From Pachysolen tannophilus NRRL Y-2460 (lineage: Eukaryota): a stretch of DNA of 64,000 nt. A program made the translations under genes and the position numbers. How positions within the stretch are numbered: position 1 is the first letter of the stretch; each line of letters starts with the position of its first letter. The DNA lies in NCBI GenBank assembly GCA_001661245.1, contig KV454011.1, positions 2,161,271 to 2,225,270 on the forward strand, given 5' to 3'. The notes below the pieces were generated by a model. That model saw nothing but the letters and a program-made list of their open reading frames with translations. It had not been told where the DNA came from and did no database searches. Shown here piece by piece: positions 23,151 through 34,810 of the stretch.

Positions 23151-26100
23151 TTATACAGTTATATCTTCCCATTCTTTCTTCAAATTTTTAAATAATTTCT
23201 TGCTACCCTTTCTGCCGAATTGTCTCTTGTAAACTTTTGCAAACATTATAAAAACCTTCTTGTAACCTATGTCCATGAGTGCAGCATTCAATATAAACAT
23301 CATCACAATCATCAGCTTCATATCGGTTGAAATTTCTGTCAATTGTAATAATTTTCCAATCCATGATTTAGCAGGAATGAGCAATAGAGCTGTTGAAACT
23401 AAAATGTCCACAGTAGCGTTCAATATAAATGGCAAGTTTGTGAATACAGGTTTTCTGTAAGGTGGACCCACGGCCAATACCACTGCTGCTATAATATACT
23501 GATAATTAGAGAATTCGAATAACACTGTATTATCAGTGGAATCCACTGCATCATCACCACCTGGAACCGGTTTGATATACCATGGTTCAGATTGTGCAAA
23601 CAACCAAATGAAAATCTGAAACAGCATCAACAACAAGATATTACATACTAAAGGTATTAAAATTTTTGGGGAAATCAAGTTAGCAGTTGGTCTCTTAACA
23701 AATAATTTTGGAAATGGTTCAGACCACGACATGAACACTGCAATCGGTAATGTCAAAAACAAATCAATATATAAAAATTGAAAATCGCCCAAATTAGATC
23801 CCCTTTTATATAATATACTGACTGTCACAAATTGAATAGCTGAATAAAGCGAAATATACTGAAAGCATGAAAAGCTGGTCACTAGTGAGGCTCGTCCTTC
23901 TTTGATAATATCTAGTACACACGAAATTTCAAAAATTCTAGAAGTAAATGGAGCAGCAACAGAAGCTTCGGCTTCACTAAGTGATATACCAACATCAGCA
24001 GCTTTTAATGCACCGCAATCGTTAGCACCATCGCCACAAAATCCAACAGTATAATCAAGCTTCTGCAATTGTTCAACCAATTCATGCTTCTCATCAGGGG
24101 ACATTCTTGCAAATATCTTCGTTTGCATTAACATCATGTTGATTAAAGATTCATCCAGGTTTCTCTCCATCAAAAGATATTTAAATACATCACCAGTAAC
24201 CGCTAAACAGTAATTTGAATTAATACTGGTTGAAGTTGGTTTTAATGTATTTGGATCTAGCAATATACTAGGATTATCTACTTCTTCCCAGATTAATCTC
24301 GTTCCTCCTGGTAAAGCATCCCCAGTGGCTAACTCTATCGTATCAAAGCTAGGGACAAATACATAATGGTCTTGCTCGATTAATCCCGATTCTTTACCAA
24401 CGCTGACTGCTGTTAATACATTATCACCAGTACACATGATAACTCTTAATTGAGCCTGATTTAATTCCGCCAAGGACTTTTTTGTTTCTTTTTTCAATTT
24501 ATTTTCAAAAATAATGAATCCCAAAAATTCCAAAAAACTTTCACACTCCTCTCTCCTTAGTTCAGAGACAAATTTTACACTTTTCTTGTTAGATCTGTCA
24601 CTGCGTTGTTTCCTTGTCAATGGTTTTCCTGCAACTGCAATAACTCTGTAACCATTATGAGTATAATAGTGCAATAATTCATTGTAATTTGATGGAAATG
24701 TTTGTGGAGCACAAATATCTTTCATCACTTCAGGTGCACCTTTTGTAAAAACATAAAGGTCATCATCACTCTCTAGATTGTAAGGTTTAACAATCACAGA
24801 CATCCTTCTTAACTGAGAAACAAAATCAAATTCTCTTAACTGCACAATATAGTTAGAATCATCATTATGATCAAATAAATTTTGATTATCGTGTGGCTTC
24901 ATTATTGAAGGTGTAAGAGTTTCCGGTATTTTAAACAGCTTTCGAAAATTTGCCAAATGCATATCATTTGAATCTTCAAATAGCCTCCAATTTGTAAACT
25001 CAAACATTTTGAAATCTAATGGGTCACCAATCAAATCTTCATTAACTGCTTTCAATGAATGACATGTGACTAATGACATTAATAAATTTTTAGCTTTTCT
25101 GATTGTTTCTTTAGAATTTCCAAGTTCATTAAGCTTCAAAGAAACTTCATTCTCTCTATAATTAAACAAATCAGCCGGACTAGTCGCTAAGTCATGGAAA
25201 CTAGAAGCGTTGCTATTATTGAGAGGTGCACTAAGATGAATCCCTAATATATCCAACCCATCTTCTGTTAATGTTCCAGTTTTATCAAAGCACATAACAT
25301 CTAGTTTACCGCCAACATTGACCCTTGTTGGAGCTATACAAAAGACTTGTTTTTTGCGCAATCTTGCAAGAGCAAAACTAGTACCAATTGTTAAAGTTGC
25401 AGGCAATGCAGGAGGAACAACAATAGTGATAATATCCAATGCCCTTAATATGATAATCTTGTATCCAAGACCCATCTTGATAAAATTATATGTTGAAAAA
25501 ACGAATCCAACAACTGCAATTAATGTCATGAATCCTATGTATTTAAATGAATCTTCGTAAAATTTGAAACCAGTTGGCTTTGGAAATAACATGGATCTGA
25601 TTAAAGCACCTTTGGTAGTATTAAACCCTGTCTTTACCACTAGCGCCATAGCTGGCTCTTCATTAGTAGTACGTGATCTAACTATCTTAGTTCCACTATA
25701 CAAGAATGATTTAGCAAAAGTTGTTGAAAATTTAGTGCTTCTAAACTCTTCAATTAGATTGAGAGCAGTATCTTGGTCTATTGATACCTTCGAAACAGGA
25801 ACAGATTCTCCTGTAAGCATTGATTCATTAACGATACAATCACCATTGAGCAAAACGGAATCACATGGGAAAATACTGAGCGAAGGGTCTGAAACTTCAT
25901 AAATATCACCTGGTACTAAATCTTCAGAAGAAACAACTTTCCAAAAATCATTTCTCCAGACTCTAACGTCAAATTTGATTCTTGATAAGTCTCTTAATCT
26001 TATCAATGTTTTTTTTGTTTCAACTAAGGTCTGTATGATGGATATCACGGAGATCAAGAAAATACAAGCTGCGTAATAATAATAATCATCGCATAACCAT

Positions 26101-27626
26101 AATATAATTGAAGAAATTTGGAAGATATAAAAAGGGTGAAGAACTTCATCGACCAGCAACTGTGAAACACTTTTTTCTTTGATATCTATCAAATTTAATC
26201 CAAATATTAATAAACGATCATCATGAGAGTCCTGTGTCAATCCGTCTTTGACTCTTTCTAAATCACACCAGCTTTCTTCTGCCCAATTAGAGTTTGTTTT
26301 AAATATATCTTCTGTAGGCGAATAATATATTCTTCTATATCTATATTCAAATGATATTAAAATAGGTACCACAGGATCTATCTTGGAATAATAGTCACTT
26401 GTACTATCTTTATCATTTGCAGAATCTTCCTCTTCACCATCTTCTTGTTGGGAAATAGAAATAGTTAAATAATTTGATAGTCTCTTATTATACCATTGTC
26501 TCGTTAAATTTATTATTGATAATTCTCCCAACTCCGTTTCTATTACAACCCAATCAGCTTTACCCAATGCTGTCTTATTACCCATGCATTTTATTCTGTA
26601 ACGCGGGAACCATCTAAAAAATAAATACAGAATTCCAAATGACAAAATGCATAAACTGTAATACAAGATTATTTTCCACTTACAATTTTGATATCCTGCA
26701 ATACCAAATACCAAATCTTCTTCTGCAATATAAAATCTTTGATAATGCAACTTTGCAGGAAAATCAGGAAAAAAATATTCATGATTTGAAGCATCTAATC
26801 TATTTTTCAATCTTTTTACTAAATTTTTCTTATCAGCATTTTCATTACCTTCATCATCATCATCATCATAAATGTCATTATCCAACAATGGTGAATTTGA
26901 TCTTGCATCCAGCCCCGAATATCTATTCCTTATTAATGAAGAGTTATCATGACTTCCATAATCTTCTATCCCAGCGTGTCTCTTACCATTTGTAAAAGTT
27001 GATGAACTTATCGATGGCGTTCTTAAACGTGATGTACTACCACTACGAACAAAGTCGTTCCCATAATCATCATGATATGAGTTCCAATTAGTATCGTAGT
27101 CCACTGGTTCATTTGGATTATTTCCTTCCATTGTTGACGTTCCTTGTGCATTTTGAATTTGATCAATAGTGAAAAATTTAAAATTTGAACGTTCCTGTAA
27201 ATCAACAGAAGAAGCATTTGAAGAAGCTGGTCTCAACTCGTTCGATTCAAAGCCTGTATCATCTTCAGCCATAAAGATTTCCTCAGTTCCCTCATTAATC
27301 ACAGATGTGGCATTTGCATTTGCATTTGCATTCGTAGAAACAATCCCCAGGTGTGATGATAAATGTGATAAACGCAAATCTCTCATACCCACTTCATCAT
27401 CACTTGTATTTGTCGAAACATTACTCAAACGTGGTGATCTCATTCTATAATGGCTATGATGATGGAAACTAGAAATCGATGAAGGAACTACTTCTGAAGC
27501 AGCACCAGAAAACATTTCATGATCATTTTCATCAACATAATTTATATTTGAAGAAGAGACAGAAGCCCTATGTATCGATGATGATCTTCTTCTTCCAGAG
27601 AAATTTTCATTACTGTGAGAACTCAT
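23151..27626 (-). CDS. YPK9: Vacuolar P5B-type ATPase (ATP13A2 ortholog)
   Basis: PPALP, FDKTGTLT, TGES, TGDN and GDGAND motifs. Confidence 0.96.
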   Translation of the reverse strand: MSSHSNENFSGRRRSSSIHRASVSSSNINYVDENDHEMFSGAASEVVPSSISSFHHHSHYRMRSPRLSNVSTNTSDDEVGMRDLRLSHLSSHLGIVSTNANANANATSVINEGTEEIFMAEDDTGFESNELRPASSNASSVDLQERSNFKFFTIDQIQNAQGTSTMEGNNPNEPVDYDTNWNSYHDDYGNDFVRSGSTSRLRTPSISSSTFTNGKRHAGIEDYGSHDNSSLIRNRYSGLDARSNSPLLDNDIYDDDDDEGNENADKKNLVKRLKNRLDASNHEYFFPDFPAKLHYQRFYIAEEDLVFGIAGYQNCKWKIILYYSLCILSFGILYLFFRWFPRYRIKCMGNKTALGKADWVVIETELGELSIINLTRQWYNKRLSNYLTISISQQEDGEEEDSANDKDSTSDYYSKIDPVVPILISFEYRYRRIYYSPTEDIFKTNSNWAEESWCDLERVKDGLTQDSHDDRLLIFGLNLIDIKEKSVSQLLVDEVLHPFYIFQISSIILWLCDDYYYYAACIFLISVISIIQTLVETKKTLIRLRDLSRIKFDVRVWRNDFWKVVSSEDLVPGDIYEVSDPSLSIFPCDSVLLNGDCIVNESMLTGESVPVSKVSIDQDTALNLIEEFRSTKFSTTFAKSFLYSGTKIVRSRTTNEEPAMALVVKTGFNTTKGALIRSMLFPKPTGFKFYEDSFKYIGFMTLIAVVGFVFSTYNFIKMGLGYKIIILRALDIITIVVPPALPATLTIGTSFALARLRKKQVFCIAPTRVNVGGKLDVMCFDKTGTLTEDGLDILGIHLSAPLNNSNASSFHDLATSPADLFNYRENEVSLKLNELGNSKETIRKAKNLLMSLVTCHSLKAVNEDLIGDPLDFKMFEFTNWRLFEDSNDMHLANFRKLFKIPETLTPSIMKPHDNQNLFDHNDDSNYIVQLREFDFVSQLRRMSVIVKPYNLESDDDLYVFTKGAPEVMKDICAPQTFPSNYNELLHYYTHNGYRVIAVAGKPLTRKQRSDRSNKKSVKFVSELRREECESFLEFLGFIIFENKLKKETKKSLAELNQAQLRVIMCTGDNVLTAVSVGKESGLIEQDHYVFVPSFDTIELATGDALPGGTRLIWEEVDNPSILLDPNTLKPTSTSINSNYCLAVTGDVFKYLLMERNLDESLINMMLMQTKIFARMSPDEKHELVEQLQKLDYTVGFCGDGANDCGALKAADVGISLSEAEASVAAPFTSRIFEISCVLDIIKEGRASLVTSFSCFQYISLYSAIQFVTVSILYKRGSNLGDFQFLYIDLFLTLPIAVFMSWSEPFPKLFVKRPTANLISPKILIPLVCNILLLMLFQIFIWLFAQSEPWYIKPVPGGDDAVDSTDNTVLFEFSNYQYIIAAVVLAVGPPYRKPVFTNLPFILNATVDILVSTALLLIPAKSWIGKLLQLTEISTDMKLMIVMMFILNAALMDIGYKKVFIMFAKVYKRQFGRKGSKKLFKNLKKEWEDITV

Positions 27627-27992
27627 GATTCATACCAAATAATTAAAAAGATTACCAATGGTATCTATCATCTATCTATCTACCTTGACCTTGATCTTTA
27701 TATCTTTCTTTTATTTTAGCATTCATTTTTTTTTATTGCATTTTAAATAGAAAATGATATCAAAAAAAGAGGTTTTACACTACTAAGAGAACTCAATACA
27801 AAAAACAACGACAAGAACAACACAGCTACAACCTTAGCAAAGGTATAGATAGATAGATCTACAGATAGCTACAAAGGAGATGAAGAAGGTGGTGATCATT
27901 TTATAATAATAAAGAGTTTTTTTTTTCTTTCTTTTTTTAAAAAAACAAAAAAAAAAAATTGTATTAATTTATTCAAGTTACTAATAATTACT

Positions 27993-28757
27993 TCAATTTT
28001 CAAAAGCTTTCTTGATCAACCTACTAATTTGGTCAAAGCTAACGTTTTCATTATTGATATTGATAATTTTCTCTTCTTCAATTGCGATTCTAGCATCTTT
28101 TGATTTTATCAAGACCTTATCATTTTTAATTTCCCAATTTAAATCCAGGGTGATAAATTTTTCAAAACCAATTTTATCATTTTCAAAATCCAAAGAAGCT
28201 TGTAAAAATTTATAATCGATTGAATTATAAGTAATTGAAATCAATACACTTATTGCTTTTTGCAATTCGAATTTCAAATTTTCTAAAGATTTATAATGAG
28301 TTAAAATAATTTTTTGTTTTAAAAAATCATCACTATTAAAAATTTGCCAAAAATTAATAAATTTACAATTGACCAAAATATTATATATTGATATTAATTT
28401 TTGTACTTTTTCATTAAATGAATTTAAAAAAGGTGCTGTTTCATTTATTATTGTATAAGATGGAAGTAAATTCAAATATAATTGGAAATCAGCATAATTA
28501 AAATTAATTAATCCTTTTAATAAAACTTTAATACTATAATATTCTCTTTCATTTTCATCAACTTCTGGATTTGTCAATTCATAAAGTTTTAAAAGAGCCA
28601 AATTACTATTCAAATCCTGGAAATTTCTTGTTGTTTGTTCATCCAAATAATCTTGTAAATCTTTAATAACCAAGACATCATATCTTTTCAAAGAACTTAA
28701 AATCTCATTAACAACTTCTGGTCGTTGTGGAGGAACTGAAACTAATGTATTTTCCAT
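27993..28757 (-). CDS. Translation initiation factor 3 subunit K (PCI, CSN8/PSMD8/eIF3K family), divergent
   Basis: RPEVVNEILSSLKRYD...LQDYLDEQ...DLNSNLALLKLYE, CKFINFW and C-terminal ENVSFDQISRLIKKAFE resemble fungal eIF3k. Confidence 0.8.
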   Translation of the reverse strand: MENTLVSVPPQRPEVVNEILSSLKRYDVLVIKDLQDYLDEQTTRNFQDLNSNLALLKLYELTNPEVDENEREYYSIKVLLKGLINFNYADFQLYLNLLPSYTIINETAPFLNSFNEKVQKLISIYNILVNCKFINFWQIFNSDDFLKQKIILTHYKSLENLKFELQKAISVLISITYNSIDYKFLQASLDFENDKIGFEKFITLDLNWEIKNDKVLIKSKDARIAIEEEKIININNENVSFDQISRLIKKAFEN

Positions 28758-29587
28758 TTTTAATAGATAGCCAAATACCAAAAGAAAAATAATAAATATT
28801 TCAAATATTTCAAATTCCTAATATTCCTATAGCTCTGCTACTATAAATATATATATATATTTATCGATTAAATTTATTATTTTTATTTCTTTCTTTTACC
28901 TTTAAAATGAGTTTACTGATTCTTGTTGGCTTTTTTTGGCTATTTTTTTCTTGGCTTTACGGGCTCTTCACAGCATCGAGAGAGAAATTTTTCACTTTTT
29001 TTTTTTTTCTCTTATTTTTTCAACAAATAATTAGCACATTTAAACACTACTGTTTTTTCCCACACGAATATGTAACTATCTGCACTACCAAATCTATACT
29101 TACCGTAAAAGGACATTGTTAGTTTTGAATCCACTACCACAACATCTGCAATTACCACTACCGCATTGGGAAAACCTGGTGGTTTCAATACACTACCGCA
29201 TAATAAAAATAAGAATAAGTTATAAAGAAAGATAAAGTAAATTAAATTTGTTGATGAATTGATAAAAGTAAGAAGATCAACGATGGGGTTTCAAGTGTAA
29301 TAGCGATAAGTAATAAGTCATCAGATCTAATTTTCTATCAATGTTTGTTGTAGTAAGTATCTGTTTTAGTTTAATATTTTTTTTTTTTTTTGTTTTGTTT
29401 TGTAATAGAAATCGCGTTCTCTTTCTTTATTCTTTGTATTTATAAAAACGATTTTTCTACTTTCGGCGGTTATTTATTTATTTATATTTATTTTTTTATT
29501 TATTTACTTTTTGTAAACAAATTATAATATTAATATTAATTTTAATATTAATATTAATATCATTATTTATATAAATTGCTCCCAGGT

Positions 29588-32451
29588 ATGTCTGAGGATC
29601 AGGACTATTCGTCATTGCCGCTTACTGAGCGAGCAGTACATAAAGTAAGTTAGCGCCCAAGTATTTAGTTTTCATTTTTTAATTTTTAATTTCTTTTAGC
29701 TAACATTCTTTTTTTTTTTTTTTTTTTTTTAATTTTTAATTTTAGGTATGGAAAGTAAGACTTGGCGCTTATGAAGAAATGATTCAATTATTTGAAAAAT
29801 CAAGTTCTGAAAATGATGAGTGTTTCCAAGTTTTCATTTCTAATTTTGAAATTTTTAAAAAAATTGTAACTGATGCTAACGTTGTAGCTCAAGAAACTGG
29901 GCTAATAGCATTAGTTAAATTTTTAAAATATGGTAATACAGATAGAATAATATCAAAACTAAGAGTCTCAGTGATTGGTCCAATGTGTGAGAAATCCTTG
30001 CTGTCAAGTAGGGCGGGAACAAGACAGAATGCTGTTGATGCATTGATGTGGTTTATTGAATTAGATACGGCTGATCCAGTTATTGAACAATTAATACCTT
30101 ATCTTTCACATAAAATGCCAAAATTAATTTCTGGTTGTACAATGGCCTTAACTGAAATTATTAAAAATTATGGTTGTAAAACTTGTTCACCTAAACCAAT
30201 TTTACCCTTAATTCCAAAATTATTTGGTCATGCTGATAAACTTGTTAGACAAGAAGCTACAAATCTTTCAATTGAAATTTATAAATGGATGGGACAATTT
30301 TTTGAAAATTGTATTTTCCCAGATTTAAAACCTGTTCAACAAAAAGATTTAACTTTAATTTTTGAAAAAATTAAAGATGAAAAACCTCAACAAATTCGAT
30401 TTTTAAGATCACAACAAAGAGAAGCAGAAGCAGAAGCTGCTGCTGCTGCCGCTGCCGCGTCTGCAACAACAACTGGTGAAAATAATGGGAATGAAGGAGA
30501 TGTTGAAATGAACGATGCTGATAAGTTTATAAATGGGAAAGATGATGCAAACATGCTGATTGATGCTTATGATATGATTGGACCAGTGGATGTATTATCA
30601 AAATTACCTTCAAATATAAATGATAGAATAAATTCAACAAAATGGAAAGATCGTAAAGAACTTTTAGAAGAAATTCAAAAAGATTTAAATGTAATGAAAA
30701 TGTCTCCAGATGGTGATTATACTGATTTATTAAGAATGTTGGCGAAATGTGTATTAAAAGATGCAAATATTCAATGTGTTCAATTGGCTGCAAATTCTAT
30801 AGAATTTACCGCTAAAGGATTAAGAAATAAATTTGAAAGATATGTTCAAATTGTAATATCATCACTATTAGAGAGAATGAAGGAGAAAAAATTATCAGTG
30901 GTTGAAGCATTAGGTAATGCACTAGATGCTGCATTTAATAGTTCTTCATTTACTGCAATAGTAGAAGAAATTGCATTTGCAATGAAACATAAGACTCCAA
31001 ATGTTAAGATTGAAACTTGTAAATTCTTAACAAGATGTTTAAAAAATACAAAATTTATACCTTCTTCATCAGAAGTTGAATTGATAATGAATAATGGGAT
31101 TAAATTATTGGCCGATTCTCAAGAACCAGTTAGAATTGCTGCATCTGAAGCTATAGGAACTTTGATGAAACTTACAGGTGAAAGAGAATTGAACACATAT
31201 ATGGATAAAGTTGAAGAACATAGAAGATCAAAGGTGAATGAATTTTTTGAGAAGGCAGAAGTTATTGGGAAACCACAACAGCAAAGTCAACAAAAAATGA
31301 CTCTGAGACCAAGGAAACCTGCAATTGCAAATGGAACAACTTCAAGACCTGCAGCAGCTTCATCATCAAGACCAACTGCTAATTCAGATTCCAACGTTTT
31401 CCAACTGAGTTCCAGACCTTCAATGTTGAAGAAAAAATTGACAGCTCCAAAAATGCAGCAACCATCTCTTTATCCACCTTCATCAACTGTTCCATCGAAA
31501 AGAGGAGCTACTTCACCTTTAAAAAGACAAGATGAACATTCTACACAGCTGCAAATTTCAACAAGAAACATTAACGGATCACGTCAAACTAATAGCCTTA
31601 CAGGAAGATCTTTACTGTCATCAACTTCTTCTGTATTATCACAACACCAGATGCCACCAGCACCTAGATTTGAAAATCCTCTTTCTGCTCTGGAAAAATC
31701 AGAATTGGAAGCTTTACGTCTGGAGAAACAATTATGGTTAAAAGAAAAAGAGCAGTATCGTTGGACACAGAGTGATGTTGAAACTACAAAGCAAAGGTTG
31801 ATGCAAGAAATTAATAGCTTGCAAATGAGGAACGATGCATTGATGGAAGAACATACAAAGGATAATATTACTATAAAATCTAGAAATACTCAATTAAATA
31901 GACTTCAAAGTGATTTGGAATCTGCAAGACAAAGAATACTTCATCTTGAAAAAGAAATAGAAGGACTAACAAATATCAAACGTGAATCTTCAATTAATAC
32001 TTTCCAGTCTACAAGGTATACCAACTATCTTTCAGAAAGCAAACAATTACAACAACATTCTTATTCAGAAAGAGCACCTTTTTCCCCAACACAATCGAGA
32101 TATTTATCATCAACCACAGTCAGTGGTGCTAGAAGCCCCTATCTGGAAAATCTGAATAAAAATATTAGTTCAGAGTTAAGTTCTGGAGTGAAACGGTTAT
32201 CTATTGAAAACAAACTGGATAAGGAAAATGCCTTTGCATTACCGCAATTAGATTACAAGACTGGTCAAACTACAATAATAGATAGTGATAGCTCTAAGAA
32301 CAATAGTAGTAGTGGGTTTGGAACTGCATTAGGTTTAGATACTGATGATGAGAGTTGGAGAAGGGCATCAGAAGTCACTTCACAATTGAAGGCAAGAATC
32401 GAGAAAATGAAAGCAAGATCAAGGAGTAATGTTTCGAATTTTAAACCATAG
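29588..32451 (+). CDS. STU2: XMAP215/Dis1 microtubule polymerase; join(29588..29644,29746..32451)
   Basis: DYSSLPLTERAVHK|VWKVRLGAYEE; TOG1 and TOG2 (STKWKDRKE), coiled coil, C-terminal WRRASEVTSQLKARIEKMKA. Intron GTAAGT...AGCTAAC...TAG. Confidence 0.95.
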
Positions 32452-32773
32452 TTAGATACGTATATAATTGTTATGATGATCATATAGAACCAAACCAACA
32501 TATTACTTTCATCCATCTCTGCTAAACTAATCATTGTCCTTGTAGTTGTGACCATTTTCAACTTGTCTTAAATTCGAAAATTCGACTTTTGTGTGTGGTA
32601 GTGTAAAATCTGCAAAGTTTTGTTGTATTTTTCACCAATCATCTTTCTATAGTGGGGGAAAATGAGTTGAAAAGCTTTACGAAGACTTGACGAATCATAA
32701 ATATATTTATATATATATATATATATATGCTGATAATCTTGTGTTTTGAGTGGGAGTGTATTGAATAGTGAAT

Positions 32774-33541
32774 ATGTCAGGTAAATTAAGAGTTTTGGTT
32801 CCGGTTAAAAGAGTTATTGATGCTGCTTTAAAGCCAAGAATCAACAAGACCAATACTGGGGTAGAAACAAAAGGTATCAAATTTAGTATGAACCCATTTG
32901 ATGACATTGCTGTTGAAGAAGCAATCAAGATTAAAGCAAATCACAAGGGATTAATAGAGAATATTCATGCTGTATCCATTGGCCCATCAAAGAGTCAGGA
33001 AGTATTAAGAACTGCATTGGCAAAAGGTGTGGATACCTCGACTTTAGTCGATGTTGGTGATCAAGAAGTTGAACCATTACAAGTTTCCAAAATTTTGAAA
33101 AAATTGGTTGAACGTGAAAAATCTAATTTGGTCATTATGGGTAAACAAGCAATAGATGATGATTCCAATCAAACTGGACAAATGTTGGCTGGATTGCTCA
33201 ATTGGCCTCAAGCAACAAATGCTTCAAAAGTTGAAGTTAATGGAGATGTTGTCACAGTGACAAGAGAAGTAGATGGAGGATCGGAAACTATTAGACTGAA
33301 GTTACCATTGATCATAACTACAGATTTAAGATTGAATGAACCAAAATTCGTCACCTTACCTAAAATGATGAAAGCCAAGAAAAAACCATTGGAAGTTTTG
33401 AAACTGGAAGATATCGGAATTACAATTGAGACAAGATTAGAAGTATTAAGTGTAGAAGAACCTCCTGCTCGTCAATCAGGTGTAAAAGTAAACTCCGTCG
33501 ATGAATTGGTTGATAAGTTGAAAGAATTGAAAGCTATTTAA
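32774..33541 (+). CDS. CIR1: Electron transfer flavoprotein beta subunit
   Basis: VLVPVKRVID, SMNPFDDIAVEEA, GKQAIDDD, TDLRLNEP. Confidence 0.95.
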   Translation: MSGKLRVLVPVKRVIDAALKPRINKTNTGVETKGIKFSMNPFDDIAVEEAIKIKANHKGLIENIHAVSIGPSKSQEVLRTALAKGVDTSTLVDVGDQEVEPLQVSKILKKLVEREKSNLVIMGKQAIDDDSNQTGQMLAGLLNWPQATNASKVEVNGDVVTVTREVDGGSETIRLKLPLIITTDLRLNEPKFVTLPKMMKAKKKPLEVLKLEDIGITIETRLEVLSVEEPPARQSGVKVNSVDELVDKLKELKAI

Positions 33542-33825
33542 ATATATATACACATATATGATTATTTTTTTCATAAATATATAGCAAGATAGTATTAATT
33601 TGTAAATTTCAAAAATTATTTTTTTTTAATTTTTTTTCATTTAACTAAAGAAGACAAAAATATTAATTTACAAAATATGTTAAAATTTTCTTAAATCTAA
33701 TTGAAAAAGGTCAAATTCTAAATATCTGGAAATGGTTATAGCAATTGAATTGATAGTTTAGTTAACACCACTTCTGCTTATCCATATATATATATATATA
33801 TTTGAATTGAATTCAATGTCGAAGA

Positions 33826-34716
33826 ATGTCTATAGTTGAGGTTTCTTCTCAATTCTTAGAACAAAAAATCGATTCACATTTTAAGAAATCATTGTCCCCT
33901 TTAATAATCGGTATAAGTGGACCACAAGGTTCAGGAAAATCGTATCTTTCATTGAATCTTTCTGAAGAGTTGTCAAGAAAATTTCCTGATTTAACTACAG
34001 TTGCAATCTCTATTGATGATTTCTATATAACTTATGAAAAACAATTAGGTTTAGCCCTGGAATATCCTGATAATGAATTGATATCTGGTAGAGGTTTACC
34101 AGGTACTCATGATTTAGATTTATTGCGTGAAATTCTTTTCAAGATTCGAAAAAGAGAGAAAAACGTTATTATTCCTCGGTATAATAAAGCTGCTTTTTCT
34201 GGGAAAGGTGATAGGTTTCCTGAGGATCAATGGTCTTATTTAGGTGATAAAGAAATCGACATTGTTATATTAGAAGGTTGGTTTTTAGGTTTCAGGTCTA
34301 TCAAGGATAAAGATCAATTAATGGAAATTTGGAACCACATATCTTTAGCAGCAAAACAAAAATATAACAATATAAAAGTAGAAAATATCAATTTCTTGAA
34401 TGAAAAATTATCACAGTATGAGAAAGTATGGGACTTTTTTGATTATTTCATATATATAACCACAAATGATATTAACAACGTTTATACTTGGAGAATTGAT
34501 CAGGAGCATAATTTGAAATTAAAAACAAATGGCGATGTTATGTCCGACGAAGAAGTAATCAAGTTTGTTGACAGGTATATGCCTGCATATGAACTCTATT
34601 ATAATAATTTAGAACAAAATGGATGCGTGGAAAGTGGTGAAACAGATGAATTGAAAAAAAATTTGAAAATAGGTATAGATATTGATCGAAAAATTGTTGA
34701 TATTCAAAATTTATAG
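33826..34716 (+). CDS. TDA10: P-loop kinase, Tda10/D-glycerate 3-kinase-like
   Basis: GISGPQGSGKS, SIDDFY, GRGLPGTHD, EGWFLGF, WRIDQEH; adjacent to CIR1. Confidence 0.9.
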   Translation: MSIVEVSSQFLEQKIDSHFKKSLSPLIIGISGPQGSGKSYLSLNLSEELSRKFPDLTTVAISIDDFYITYEKQLGLALEYPDNELISGRGLPGTHDLDLLREILFKIRKREKNVIIPRYNKAAFSGKGDRFPEDQWSYLGDKEIDIVILEGWFLGFRSIKDKDQLMEIWNHISLAAKQKYNNIKVENINFLNEKLSQYEKVWDFFDYFIYITTNDINNVYTWRIDQEHNLKLKTNGDVMSDEEVIKFVDRYMPAYELYYNNLEQNGCVESGETDELKKNLKIGIDIDRKIVDIQNL

Positions 34717-34810
34717 TTTGAAAATTCAAAAATCTATTAAACGAAAAACTATTTAAGCTGCAATAAAAGCTATATCCTTTCAGCAAATTATGGATTATCT
34801 TAAATAGATG

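Noticed and set aside
29250..29340. Box C/D snoRNA (TGATGA at 29253)
   Set aside because: No properly placed CTGA D-box or terminal stem.
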